This document shows positions 26,120 through 39,650 of a stretch of 64,000 nt of DNA, one piece after another; positions within the stretch are counted from its first letter, which is position 1, and each line of letters opens with the position of its first letter. Origin of the DNA: Laetmonice hystrix. Taxonomy: Eukaryota. The stretch is taken from positions 20,708,001-20,772,000 of the forward strand of contig OZ249436.1 of NCBI GenBank assembly GCA_965235115.1. Direction: 5' to 3'. The translations under genes were made by a program, and so were the position numbers. The notes under the pieces are model-generated. The model was given only the letters and a program-made list of their open reading frames with translations, made no database searches and was not told where the DNA came from.

Positions 26120-29100
26120 TAGTATAACTACGTGAACATCTTCATTGACGACATGGCGCAAAAACCACTGACTGACTGATGATTTCTGACTGACTGATTG
26201 ACTGATTATTTCTTTTCTAAATTCGAAGCTAGATCATTGAATAATTGCATATTTGTGGCGTATGGAGTCTACTCTTCAAACGTACCCAGAACGGCGAAAG
26301 CCAAAGGTTCGAGTCCTCTTCACGGTATAAAATCTCTGGTTACAATGTGGTCTTCGCCTCAATACTTCCCGAGTGAGGGGTGGACCAAGGATGTTATGGA
26401 AGATCTCTGGGAGGACCCAGGATTTTGTAAAGGAGGGGGGGGGGGGGGGTCCAATGGGAAAGGATGTCAACAAGGCGGTCGAGGGCCCATTATGGTCAAT
26501 TCCGAAAGGTCTATGGTGACATAATTCACCTGAACCATGCTGAGTTTTACCACTTGTCTGAGCCCATCGTACAGATAGGTCCTACATGGAAGGTCAACCT
26601 ACACTAAACATCGTGTCACAGTTCACTGACTCGGAAATTCGTTCAAATCGGTAACAAGTCGGAAATAACGGGATCGTAACTGTCCCACAGATCAAATGAT
26701 CCAGATCAAATGGGTCATATTGTACTTGGCATAACATTACGGTTTTTTTAAGATTATACCTAGAAACCGCTGTATTTGGCATCATTCCGTGACGTAGATC
26801 TACATTACCGTATAACTTTCACACTTTCAGGACAGATAAAGGCGCTATTCTGCAGATCCTACCGACCAAATCTTTTAGTAAAACTGTTTTGACAACTCCT
26901 AAATGGAGCCAAATGGAAGTGGTCAAAGAAGGGGGGAAATTACGTGGATGATTACACTTTCCTCAACTTTTGAAATAACAAGAGTCTAGATCGGACAGTG
27001 TTACAGACACACGTCAAGAACTCATCATCTGACTCCTCCGTCTACTTGGTTGGCCATTAAACGTTCACAGCAACAATCCTGATATCGGACGTATCCTGCG
27101 TTTCGTGGCTGTTGACTTTCCTATATCGAAAAGTTTCAATGCACCACTTGAAACCATGTTCACACATTGATGGTGGCCCACCACTGGCATGCAGTCCCCT
27201 AAAATAAACAGAAATGGAAACCAGAGCCAGAAGAGTGGCACTGCCATCGTGGCCAACTCCCCCACCCATCTCATTCTCACCCTCTGCATGCACACCTACG
27301 GCTGGCGCCAATATGTCATTTTGTTCTTCCTCTCCCTTTTGCTTCTTTACTGACGTTGATAACTGGCAGATTGGTAATTGCGCATAAAATATTTAGATAC
27401 TAATCACAGACAGGAAGTCTAGACCAGGTCTTCGAGTCCATAGTCGTTCGCGCCCCCTTTGGCGAACGGTGCCCCTAAAGATTTCAAGATTCTTTGCTGT
27501 CAAACGTGCCAAAACGGAGTTAATTAAAGCACGAAAGTACAGCTTATAGTTACGGTATATAATAAAGCAACATTTTCCCCCAGTAATTTTTCTTCTGATA
27601 GCTCTGGTGACCAGGTGCTCCCCTGAAGTCGAATTCGGCCCAGCCTTTGGAAATCCTGAGGACGTCTATGTAGTCCTCATTAAAACTACCAACTCCAGTC
27701 ACTCCGGTGTTAGAAGTGTTAAATATCACGTCCTCGGCCTACACACAACATGGTCCCAGTTAGAACAGTTTCTCGTCCGTTTAACCAAACACCGGCCCCT
27801 ACTCTCCCAGCCAGGTTAACCTGGAACATTCGGCATCCTCTGGCCACAGTCTTCTTACCAACGCCCAGTTCACCGCTGGTCTCAGGTGAAAATAGGGCGA
27901 AATAACTGGCGGTAAAGATGCTTAGAAACATAATTTTGTCATGAATGATGGAAAGCCAAAAAGAAAACACCAGATTACATCAATAAGGTACTTTCAGCAT
28001 ATAGTATACGTATAGACAATGATCTAAATGCTATCAATAATAGCAGGATACCACAAAGATGGACCGAATCTGGCGGCGTTGGACGTACTCGACAACCAAG
28101 AAGTCCGAAACGGTTTGCTTGCCACTGTTCGAGCCTTGGACCATCCAGCATCACTCGCTGACTTTAGATAAATCTTGGTCAGTATATAAACTGGTACGCG
28201 TTATAAGGATGTGCAAGAAAAAGACAGAACGAGGACAAGAGAGGGAGAGAGAGGGAGGGGGAGAGAGACTGAGACTGGTGGCACTTTTAATCTTTCTCTA
28301 AACACGGCAGTACTAGCCAGGGGCTTTAGCCAGAACCGAGCAGTGGGTCCCGGCACCACCTCAAGACCACAGTCAGTGAAAGTTGACTAGCTTCATCAAA
28401 GACAGATCTAGAGCAATGGAATAGTTCTGTTGGCCTACGACTGCACACCAAAAGCGAAGTGTTTCCCCAGATCTAAAGCAATACCAAAACTTCGCTGGGC
28501 CTGTGCCAAACACCCGTTTTGTTGGTGAATCAAGAAACATACCATAGGATCAGCGATGGTTGCCTCATATACCGACATATGAATCCTGCAAACAGCAGCA
28601 GGGAATTTATTACAACATTTCTTTAGAGTTAATGTGGATCGCGCCAAAATATGCAGACCTGTATCTAAATCTGTTTGTACTACTGAAGTATAATGTTGCC
28701 ACGGCCATAGTCAGAGCTGTAGACAGTATTGCCTTTGTTTTCTTTTTTCTTTAACACCCCGCCCTGATCACTTCTGTTCTGGTCTCTGTGAAGGTAGATA
28801 TCAATGTCAAAAATATACAGTGACACTGTAACAAGGCAGCGACAGCAAAGGACAGCCCCTGATATTTGCCCTGTTTGTTTTGGAGGCGGAGGGGGTGTTG
28901 AGGTACGTCCTGGGTTATAAAAAAAGTTGAACATGGGTTTGGTGATAATTTACTGACACACATGTCATGATGTAATCTGGGACATGGCCATAAATATATC
29001 TGGCAATCGGGGACTACAAGAGGTTACAGCACGCTGTGATTACTACAGGCAATTGGTACAAATCCCAACTGTCATGCGCTCAAAGGAGAGCGGCCGTCTG

Positions 29101-32100
29101 AGGCATGCCCTTGAGCCGGCAGATGGGTCACACTAAAGGTTCGTGTGACACGTCCAATTACCTCCTACCGTGTCGGAAAGAGGGGGAAAAGGATGTCAAA
29201 AATCACTTGCAGGTAAGGGGAAAAAATAACATTGGTTAGTGTTCAGGACAGGCAAAGGAGAGCCATTATAGTGGTGCCATGACGGCCCTACACGTCTAGC
29301 ACCCAGCCAGCATGGTTTACTTCCAAATGCATCGCCCCTCCTTCATATGCCCTCTTACCGTGAAATGCTGCAACATGAGAGCAAATGCTGAAATTCCAGA
29401 GATTCTTCCATATTATATTGGAAACATGTTGAACAATTCCGACCAGGAGAGTGTCCTGTTTGCTGGAGAGTAGAAACAATCTTCAGCCAAGATTTACTAC
29501 AACAGTAAACATCAAGTAGCAACAATGGCTCTGTTTCCATGTGGGTGTTGGTCGGCCTTGTGAATCCACGGCAACCACTGACTTGTTATGTATACATGTA
29601 GACTCACCTCATCCAGTCTACAGGTCAACCAACCACAGTATAGCGCAAATTTTAACCTTCTAAATTAAGATCGTAAATTTTCCGTTCCTACATTCTAATT
29701 TCTGTTGCATAAGTGTTTAGGAAACTTTCCAAAAAATATCAACGAGACTAAATGCAATCTAAAGATCAAAAATTTCTCTCACTGCTATTTGCCAGTTAAG
29801 TTAGTTGCCGCTGCCATTTTCTTTCCTCAGTTAAAGACCGCCCAAGCATCCCCTGGGTGATTTATACTACTGCCTTCCGCCGAGACATCCGTCAGGTGAC
29901 CCAAGGTGGAGAAAAATTAATCTACGTGTGAAATGTTACTTTGATAGTTGTCATGGAGCTCGGGGAGCGCCAGCAAATACTACACCAGCTACCTGTTGCA
30001 TTCAGTACCTGTCCTGGCAATGAATGTCCTCATAATGTCAGCTCCTTTTCAATGTCGCCAAAGCTTTCATGGCTTTCACATGAAGTCAAGCATTCACTGG
30101 CGCGGCCTTCGACTTTCTTTTAAATCCTGCATGCTTTTAGGATAAAGAATGGTGCAGCAGCAGGGTGTCTGTGTGGAGAATCAGCGAGTTTCTATTGAGG
30201 ATTGACTACCTGCTAGGTGCTCTGTCTAGGTTTCCGTTCCAGCTGGCCTCGACACCCCTGGTCCAACTCTCTACGCCATTTTCTGACAACTCACTTCAGG
30301 CAGAGGCACACGCTCTTGTTCCTCTATACAACTCCCACTCTAACAGAAATCCACTCCCATAGAATTCGGTCACACAATAGACTTTCTAAGGTGGGGCTGG
30401 GCTGTCTTTATGTCCAGGTGATGTGAGTGGCAGTGAGATGGATCACTAGTCTCAGGATTTCAGAGGAAGGTGTTTGATTCTTCATACAACATCACACAAC
30501 CACCCACGAAGTACAACACCTCTTCACCCTAAATTACACATTTAAGCACTGGTTAATGGTGATAAAGGTGCAGTAGCGTGTAAAGACATGGCGTTTGCTT
30601 GAAGGTGTAAATTCCCTTTCCATAGCAGTGCGGAAAGTTTGCTGGCCTTAGTTCCAGTCCGGAACCAGGGCAAACAGAAATTTCTAGAATGTTCTCTCAA
30701 GTGCACAGAATTACGCAACCCTTCTACTGCATATCGCCGTCGGTTGATTCCATTATATCCAATGACACGGACATTTTCTATCAAAACCAATCAGAATACG
30801 GATTACTCCTAAAAACATTGTCCAATTACAGTGAATTAATTACATTTGAGGTAATGCAGTTCACGCTGACAGATAAGAGCCTCAGGGGTTCCATATTGAT
30901 TGCGGCTAAGTACTCCATTGGTTCAACCTGATTGCTCACCTTAAACAGTGCAAAGAATTTCCACCAGATGACACGTGGTCATACCTAGAGAAGCCATAAC
31001 CTTTGTGTCGGCGATGATATGACCGTGACCTACTGCAAGAAGACCAAACACCTTCTTTTAGCTATAGGCCTAACCCATAACGACCTAATTTACAGCAATG
31101 TGTTCAACAACGACGCGTTTGCCTCATCTCTGAAACATTTTACGCGACAAAATTTTCAGAGAGGTCCTGGCTCTATCGCTAGTCCCGTATACCAGCCGTC
31201 TACCGTAGTCACGATACGGGTCTGGCCACGAGTATATGGAGTGTTGACGACATGTGTCAGCAGATCAGTCAATTATCATCACTCAAAGCTCTGCTCTCAC
31301 CCAAGTCGGAATGTTTACGTTACTACGAGCCTAAAATAATGTTTTCCTGCTTCAAATCAAACTTATCGCAAAAACACCTCAAAGAACTCCCAACATTTCA
31401 GGAATCATGACCTTTCTCTGTTCGAACCTCGTGGTGGACCTTATCCGGCGGCAAGAGTCAAGTGTTTTGGTAATCATTTAATTATTACACAATTAGGGAA
31501 AACGAGGAATTTCAAAATCCCGTCGCTTGTTCTTCAAATATAGTTTATTTTTAGCTACAGCACGAATATAACAACGCAGTTAGATCGCGAGGGTAGGATT
31601 AGGGAACCAGCAACATAGAAATAAACGGGCCTGTCCCATCATCTTATGCTTGAACAGGTGCTCAGGTCTACACGACCCAGACCCACCGGTCTGTAGAAGG
31701 TAAGTAAAAAGGAATATATCATAGCAGTCTTTCTATACGCATACATGACCATATACTCAGGTGGAATACGATCGACTTTACAAATCAAATCTGATCAGTA
31801 ACACGCGCTGATCTATTTCCTTTAAGCACCCAGAGCGCGGACACTATAGCGGTAAAGTCCAATTATTACAGTGTAGGCCAACAGCCATTTATTACAGTGT
31901 TGGTCAACAATTTTAAGCCATCGTTATCTTCAGCCTGACAGTTGCTATTAGTGGTAATTAGATGCCGACTAAGGCGTTATCATATGACAATTCTTCGTTT
32001 CAAATTTCAGGCAACTGTGCAGTTCTCAGGACCATTGAGCAAAGTTAGATTTTCTCCTAACCAGAAGCACTGATCAGCTGAGATGGACTCAGCCTGTGAG

Positions 32101-32990
32101 CCCGTCGGTACTTTAAGTTTGTACACACTGCATGCAGAGCCTATGGTTGTATCATTCAAAACCTAGTGCATCACCTTTATCATGCAATTGCATGGGTGCT
32201 CAGGTCAGACTCTAATAGGCCTACTCCATAGGTCTAATGTTTTACAAAACATCTATGTATCGCGGACCTCTTCTGTTATTGCTTAATGAACCTTGTAAAT
32301 TACAACCACCATTGCCTACTGCAATCACCAACTTTTACATATCACCCTTTCTTCATGAGCAAAACGTTATCATCTACTATAATTATTTTAACTGACTAAT
32401 GACTTAAATCTCCCCTACAGTGTCCTTGCGGTTAATCCCAGGTGATGATGTTTTCGATTGGATCTTTACAGGGTGTGCTAATGTAGGTTTCAAGGGTACC
32501 GAGGCTGGAAACACATTTCGGATGTACTGACACAGTCAGGGCTGGTAAATGCCAAAGTTCCAATGTCAGGAGACTGTACAATTACCCTTTGCAACTGGGC
32601 CAGGTCAGCAGTAGAGCCCATCATTTCTGCGGCTCTTTTGAACTTTCAGCTTTATCATATGCAATATTTCATATCCAACAGCATGCCTTTGGACATGATG
32701 TAAGTCCACGTAATCAGTTCAATGATACATAAACAGAACAGAAGATACACGATTTTATTATTAGGTATAGTAGAATACGGGCTAACATCGTTTCAAATTA
32801 CTCACACTTGTCCAGTTATTTCACTTCATTGCCGATAGTCAGCTAAAGATCAGTATATTCATAAGAGTATGTGCCTTTAGTGGATGCAGACTGCGCTGAT
32901 TTGATTTGTGTCCCTTTCGTTTGGTAGCGACTGATCAGATTATTTACCTTTGCTGATTGGGTACCCTTTTGTGTTTCTCTTTGGTGGCCT

Positions 32991-33869
32991 TTGTCGGATG
33001 GGGACTGCCTTGATTAGTGGGTATTTGTCGGATGGGGACTGCCTAGATTAGTGGGTATTTGTCGGATGGGGACTGCCTTGATTAGTGGGTATATGTTGGA
33101 TGGGGACTGCCTTGGTTAGTGGGTATTTGTCGGATGGGGACTGCCTTGATTAGTGGGTATTTGTCGGATGGGGACTGCCTTGATTAGTGGGTATTTGTCG
33201 GATGGGGACTGCCTTGATTAGTGGGTATTTGTTGGATGGGGACTGCCTGGATTAGGCATTTGTCGGATGGGGACTGCCTTGATTAGTGGGTATTTGTCGG
33301 ATGGGGACTGCCTAGATTAGTGGGTATTTGTCGGATGGGGACTGCCTTGATTAGTGGGTATATGTTGGATGGGGACTGCCTTGGTTAGTGGGTATTTGTC
33401 GGATGGGGACTGCCTTGATTAGTGGGTATTTGTCGGATGGGGACTGCCTTGATTAGTGGGTATATTTGTCGGATGCGGACTGCCTTGATTAGTGGGTATT
33501 TGTCGGATGGGGACTGCCTTGATTAGTGGGTATTTGTCGGATGGGGACTGCATTAATTAATGAGCCTTTGTTTGATTGGAATGCCTTCATTAGTGGGCCC
33601 ATGTTTGATGGGGATGCCTTGATTATTGGGCCCATGTTTGATGGGAAAGCCTTGATTAGTGGGCCTATGTTTGATGGAAATGCCTTGATTAGTGGGCCTA
33701 TGTTTGATGGGAATGCCTTGATTAGTGGGCCTATGTTTGATGGGAATGCTTTGGTTAGTGGGCCTATGTTTGATGGGAATGCCTTGATTAGTGGGCCTAT
33801 GTTTGATGGGAATGCCTGGATTAGTGGGCCTTTGTTTGATGGAATTGCCTGGATTAGTGGGCCTTTGTT
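32991..33869. repeat. Compound minisatellite: 34-bp units switching to related 33-bp units
   Basis: gccttgattagtgggtatttgtcggatggggact (34 bp) up to ~33550, then gccttgattagtgggcctatgtttgatgggaat (33 bp). Confidence 0.95.
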
Positions 33870-36800
33870 CCGACGCCAATCCATCGGAAAGTTTTATGGT
33901 CGGGGCAAGAGGCATCCTGTGTCTAGGCAAAGTTTTTAACAGCATTCCATCACATTCTGTGGCTCGTATACATACGCCCCTCTCTCACAAGAACAAAGCA
34001 ATTGGTAACGCTGCACTTCTCAGCCGCCTGAGAGAGTCGCAAACTAGCAGGCTATCATGAACGAGGTCTGATTGACGCAATGTGTAAGAACAGAAATAGT
34101 ACATTGTGCGGGTTTGTTACGAATATCAAAGTCCTGCTGAACAGGATGGACGCCATTAGTAAAATTATCGTGATTATCACAGCAACTATATCAGGTTCGT
34201 GTCCCTATCAATACCAGTATTACTGGGATCCATGTGAATCAAGGAAATCAAGTTTAGTCGACTCCAGTCCGTCCATCACTACACGCATTCACCATTACAT
34301 TCATGCGGTATCACTGACATCGCCGGCATGTCATATACAATGTTTTTATTTTCCCCCTTCGGATGTGCCTACCTTTGTACTTGTTGCAAAGCGCGGATTT
34401 CCCTTTTTTAAATTCAATTTGCACATGTCAAAGTGATTGCATTTTCCCAAAACGCTTCGATTTTCATACCACAGGAGGTGAAAACATCCTAGGTAAAATA
34501 TAAATACTTCTGATCTTATGGGGGACGATTATGTGGGTGGATGTGCACTGAATATGAAACAATATGTAGTTTTGTCATCAATCAGTTGACACCAAAGGCG
34601 GACGCACAGCTGCCCTCTGGTCAGTAGCGAATTATGCCGGGCATTTATTTCAGAGGGGAAATGAGGAAAAGGGGGTTGACACTGAGTGTGGGGCACCAAT
34701 TTTGCGATCTGACAGACAGAGATGATACCGGTCTACTGGACAGAGATGAAGCCATCGACACGACACCCCGAATTCCTGCTTCCCGCCTTCTGCAAACCTC
34801 AGTGACAGACCATGTGGATGAGAAACTCACACACCTTACACTGTCGGTACAAATTGGTCAGAAATTTTGAGCATCTTTTGCGACTTTTGTTATTTAACCT
34901 GAGCAAAGAGTAGCGCATTGTAAGCCCCCATAAGGAGAGGACCTTTAATGGTTCTTGACATTTATCGCTGTCCAAGGGCGGTTGGCCCTCTACCAAACTT
35001 TAAACACCAACAAAACCGTCTAAAGACATCAAGTATAAATGATACTGAGACAGGGTCTCTGTCTAAGGCAGTTAACTTATAAAGCTAGCAGTTGTTGAAA
35101 GTAAAGTTCAAAGGTTGTTATATTATGGTGGACTTTTGACAAGTATGCAGGGTGCATTAGATCAGGGCCAGGGCCACACTGCTGATACACATTTCCTCAG
35201 CCCCCATTCCCCAAGTTACCCGCCAGCCCCACATACGGCACATGTGGTTCCCATTGACATGATAAAGCATGATGTTACTGTTAGGGTTCAAATACATTAT
35301 GCACAGTACCCCAACTGGTGGAACCAGTACGGCAGTAACTGCACACAATCTGATTCTTCAAATCAATCATCCACGGCAACGGTTGCCTATTCTCTTATGG
35401 TATAATACTGTTATGTACATTACGTCAAAATCCTACAAATGGGAAGGCTCTGCTTCATGTAGACATTAGAAACCCCTGTAGAGCCTACAGACAAACTTTA
35501 GTTTTTGTAAAATTTTATTTGATAACTAGAGTCTGCCAAGACCACCATACTAGACAAGATCTTCAATGAGTCTTCCGATCAAAATCACTCCCTTGAGTAT
35601 ACACTTGACACCAGAGTTATAATTGGCAAATGTCACCAATGTGTGTCACCTGACACGCATATCAGGCGCGATCAAGTGGGATCAAAAACGTCAATTTGTC
35701 AACCAAAACAAAGTCTTATGCCTACCTGAGATAAGGCCAAAGCTTCTACGTGACACTAACTGTGACCACAGCCTATATTACACTCTCTAATATTGCACGG
35801 TGAGCTGCCTGAATGACGCGTTCTCTTGACAAGTCATTCAGTTCGGTGATATAACTACAACTCGATCTCAAATAAATCACTTTCAACCATTGTGTCGGTA
35901 CCATGCTATCGAAAGTCGAAAATGGCAGGAATTTACGTCAGTAACACTATTATCGACATTCGGCATCATAAAATATCTCGAAATTAAAATTTTGATCCAA
36001 CATTCCTCCAGAATCATCCATATTGTCTGCCAGATGTCACAGAACTCTTTGTATCTTGTCTGCGACATGTGGGTATAGACAGCTATAGGTTTCTACGGAA
36101 TCCAAGAGAGACGGCTAAAACACTGCAGGGCTACAACCTTTTTACCGTGAACGACCCCAAGTACCAAAGCGGAAAGTTGCTGCAGATGCAGATCATATGT
36201 CTAGCATGCTCTAGGATGTTATGACAAATTTCAGCCTTCTGAAACCATTATAAATGGTTTCAGAACGGTTATTTATGCCAACAGATGGTTCACGTTTCTC
36301 TATTATATACACCAGCCATTATTATGAGAAGACACGCGACTTTTAAACTCGGATGCACTTTGGAAGTTTATGATGTTTATGTTATCGCAAGAAACGTTGG
36401 GGGGGGGGGTAAAAAACATACGTGTTGCATACCCCCAATATATTTGTTTCTAAGAACTTATTATTTCTGCGAGCATTTCTACTGTCTTACATGCGGATTT
36501 TCCATACTTTCCTTATAAATCTTACACGTTAATGAAAGATGACGCTGCAACCTTGGATAATTTAGCTAAAAAGTAAATGCCTTTGGAATCACCCTGAAGG
36601 TAAGTTAACCTCAAAGGCCGGTAGTTCACTAGTCTATAAACCTAGAACCCTTGGTGCATTTTAAGGATTGTCAAGCAGTTATCCCCTCGGCCAATTGATG
36701 CACACCTTGAGCAAAATTTGGCGCCCAAGGAATGCTTGAATTCTGTGGGACCTGTAGTCGTACCCCGTGAAGCAGCCGACATTTCTGAGAGGCTGCAGTG

Positions 36801-38168
36801 CTGAGCGGGGTAAGGGTGGGGGTGGGGGTGGAGTCAAGGAGGCAGACGGTATATAGACAGCGACCTTCCAGAGTCGACCAAACAATCTGCTAGAATTGGG
36901 ATGTCTGCCTGGCCAACTGGTTTTGCAATGAGGTTCTGATCAAATCTGCTGTGAGCGAAGCCTTTCAGTTTATCTTTAAATAATGTGATCTGACCAATCT
37001 GCCACATTCTTCCGACCAAATGGTAAACAAATAAATAGGACCCGGCACCTATAATTACCATCGCCCGACCCCTGGGAGCTGCTCAAACTTTTTTTACTAT
37101 GATAGAATAACAACTATTCCTCTTTTTTCGTTTGTCTCTGATAATGTAAATCACACATCATAGTATGATGATGAAAGCTCACGGGTCAAACGGTCTGTGC
37201 CTACAAAAAGTGAGGAGCAGGCTATCATGGCACAGCGAGGAAGCACCACTTCTGTCCGTGTATCTATGAATGTAAACACCTCCCCACCACGCCCTACTAT
37301 AGCACCCCCACTCCGGCCACCTTCCTACATACTCCTAGGATGGGGTCAAACAAGGCCACAAGGTTCCACGTTTGCCCTGAGCTTCTTATGTATACTGCCG
37401 GATGCTCAGCTAGTGGAAAGTACCCCTGAAAATATTGCCCAATAATTGGTGGCCAGGAACAATGAATGCCTCTGTGTTCACACGGGTGTCATGCATCAAA
37501 CCAATTATGTGTATATTTGTGGCCGATCATGCTGACTGGCTGGGAACACAGCACCAGTTGACACCCTGGCTCGGTGTTATTAGCCTGATGACTAGCATGT
37601 CATACGGAATGACGTGATGTTCACATCCATGAAATGTGCCCCACATGGCCCAGCGCCTCAAGACTGACATGTCTGTTCACAGTTGGCACAAGCACAGACA
37701 TTAAAGCTAGTGACCCTTCTACTTGTGTTGGCATCGTAATAAAGCAGTGAAACTTGTTAGGGTTAAACTTGGCAGTTGTCTAACACTTTTTATGCAGATA
37801 TCCAAGAAAACTTTATATTTGGACCCCCCCCCCCCGACCTATCTTTTGGCACCCTCCCCCCCCCGGACCAATCCTGGGTACCACTTATGTCCATGATCCG
37901 CCTTCTCTTGTGTGACGTAAAGATGGGTCCAAGGGTTGGTGAATTTACATCTGGTAAAGTAAATAAACTGCTCTCTGAGAGTGTTGTTAATAGAATACCG
38001 GTATATAACAACTTTATGAATAGCGGACCACCAGCTGATCGTTACATGCAGACGTGAACTGTTCAGAGCGGTATACGCACAGTTCTATACCCGACCGACC
38101 CACCGTCAGGCGAGCTCGGAGCAGACCCCCGGTCACCTCCCGGACTGTAGATATGACAGATGACTTAC

Positions 38169-39212
38169 CTGGCGGACACACACATCCCGATGCATCTCTC
38201 CGTGTCCGGATCTTTGCTTCTATCTGTTCTTCTAGTTTCTGTTAAAAAGAAACTTATCTTTGGTAAACTATATTACTCTGACAATCAAATATTATTTGTC
38301 TGAAATGGAAACACTATAATACTGCAGTAAGGAGAATACAGGTATACTTAGGTGAGCAGCTATATCGTTTTTAGTTGTCATGGTTTTCATTAGCTTTTCA
38401 ATTCCTATTCTGTATGTTCGGTTGTTCACAGTAAGTTTTATGAGAAAATGTTTCAGATCACTTTTTTTATCACAAAGTCCTTTAGCCCTAAAGTATATAC
38501 CTGGAAGAGTCGCGCATACGTAGTATTATATTATGCCCCACTACCATACTTGTTCTTACATGAATATGTATGATTAACATAACGTTCCTTCAGATACCCC
38601 CCCCCCCCCCCCCCGACTTACTTTGAAAGAAGTTAAATGTTTTTGCATTTTCTCATTTACTTCAGGCATAATCAGACTGGGAGAAAATTCACGTCAGCAT
38701 GCCTATTTCTGTTTGGACAATATGGGGCTCTTAACTAAACTGACGAAGTCTATTTTCGCGAACCAACACGTTTCAGAGGTTCATTAAATAATTGTCATCA
38801 AATGGATTTGTTATAGATTTTTCCACTTTCACTATACTTTATAGGAATGACTCTTTCAAACGTGCCAAATTTATAGCTCGTGAGCTAGTGAATATCATCG
38901 GCCCTGACAGGAAAGAAAAACACCTGACGAATTATTATAATCAATACAAACCTCTTTAAAGAGTTTGTCGAGTTGTTGGTCGACATATTGGTGTATGCTG
39001 TTTTGTGAGAATACATTTTGCCGCTCCAGGTTATCAAGCTGATCCTGTAAACTGCGCAGCTTCACCGTGTAGAGCGCTACCACCAAACAGGAAAAGCCTA
39101 CCAGGCCTAGAAAGGTGAAGGTGATGAAAACTGTCCGGCCGATCGTGGCGCAAGTCGACCTCGGCTTCCCGCCGCCGCCCATCGACGGTGAAGGCGGCCG
39201 TACCTTCTCCAT
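38169..39212 (-). CDS. COL23A1-like: Type II transmembrane (MACIT) collagen, COL13/COL23/COL25/col-99 family; first two coding exons only, gene continues leftwards
   Basis: Exon 1 (39212-38952) is ATG to GAG|GTTTGT, phase 0. It encodes a short cytosolic tail, a hydrophobic TM (VFITFTFLGLVGFSCLVVALY) and a coiled coil (LRSLQDQLDNLERQ). Exon 2 (38238-38169) runs from tttctttttaacAG| to G|GTAAGT, in frame, and encodes KLEEQIEAKIRTRRDASGCVCPP-G. That is a furin site (RTRR) followed by the CxCPxG motif that precedes the first collagen triplets in COL23/COL25. No Gly-X-Y exon was found in the window. Confidence 0.85.
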
Positions 39213-39499
39213 GACGCGGCCGGTGAGGGGTCCACGCGAACCGCAAGTATCGGGCCTGGCTACCCTCACGCTATGTCTGCCGTACACAGATGAAAACGAC
39301 TACTTGCTAAGACACCGAAAACAAATTCGACCGGAGGCAAAACACGATCTTATATTCCTTGAGTCGAGTGTACCAGTTCATAACTTTGTCAAGAAAATGT
39401 ATGGCACGCTCCCAGTCGTGGTCACGGCTGTGCCGTCACAGTAACTGGCATCGTGTGTCTAAAAGCCATCCAAGTAACTTTTCCGCCCAGGACGGTTTC

Positions 39500-39650
39500 C
39501 ACTTGTCAGGTTAGCTGTCCAAGTCAGACGACCGTTTGCACAGAGTTTGTAGGCAGATGGCTGACACGCGCTCCAGGAGAGGCGGGGACGGGCGCCAGGC
39601 GTGGACGCAACCATTCAGCGATGGGGGAGACAGGCTCGTCCATCTCCGAG
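39500..39650 (-). promoter_or_regulatory. Putative promoter/5' region of the MACIT collagen gene
   Basis: CpG-rich stretch with a GC box (ggcggg, 39581) about 350 bp upstream of the ATG. The TSS is not determinable. Confidence 0.3.

Noticed and set aside
26256-26316. A-box-like tggcgtatgg and B-box ggttcgagtcc
   Set aside because: There is no acceptor stem or cloverleaf. At most this is a decayed SINE head, not a tRNA gene.
28435-28647. GIALDLGKHF resembling an RT motif, and WYCFRSGE resembling a zinc knuckle
   Set aside because: The two readings are mutually exclusive, short and frameshifted, so this is too weak to call a retroelement family.
39213-39287. Upstream extension of the collagen ORF given in the ORF track
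   Set aside because: It starts at GTG. The first in-frame ATG is at 39212 and gives a typical short MACIT cytosolic tail.
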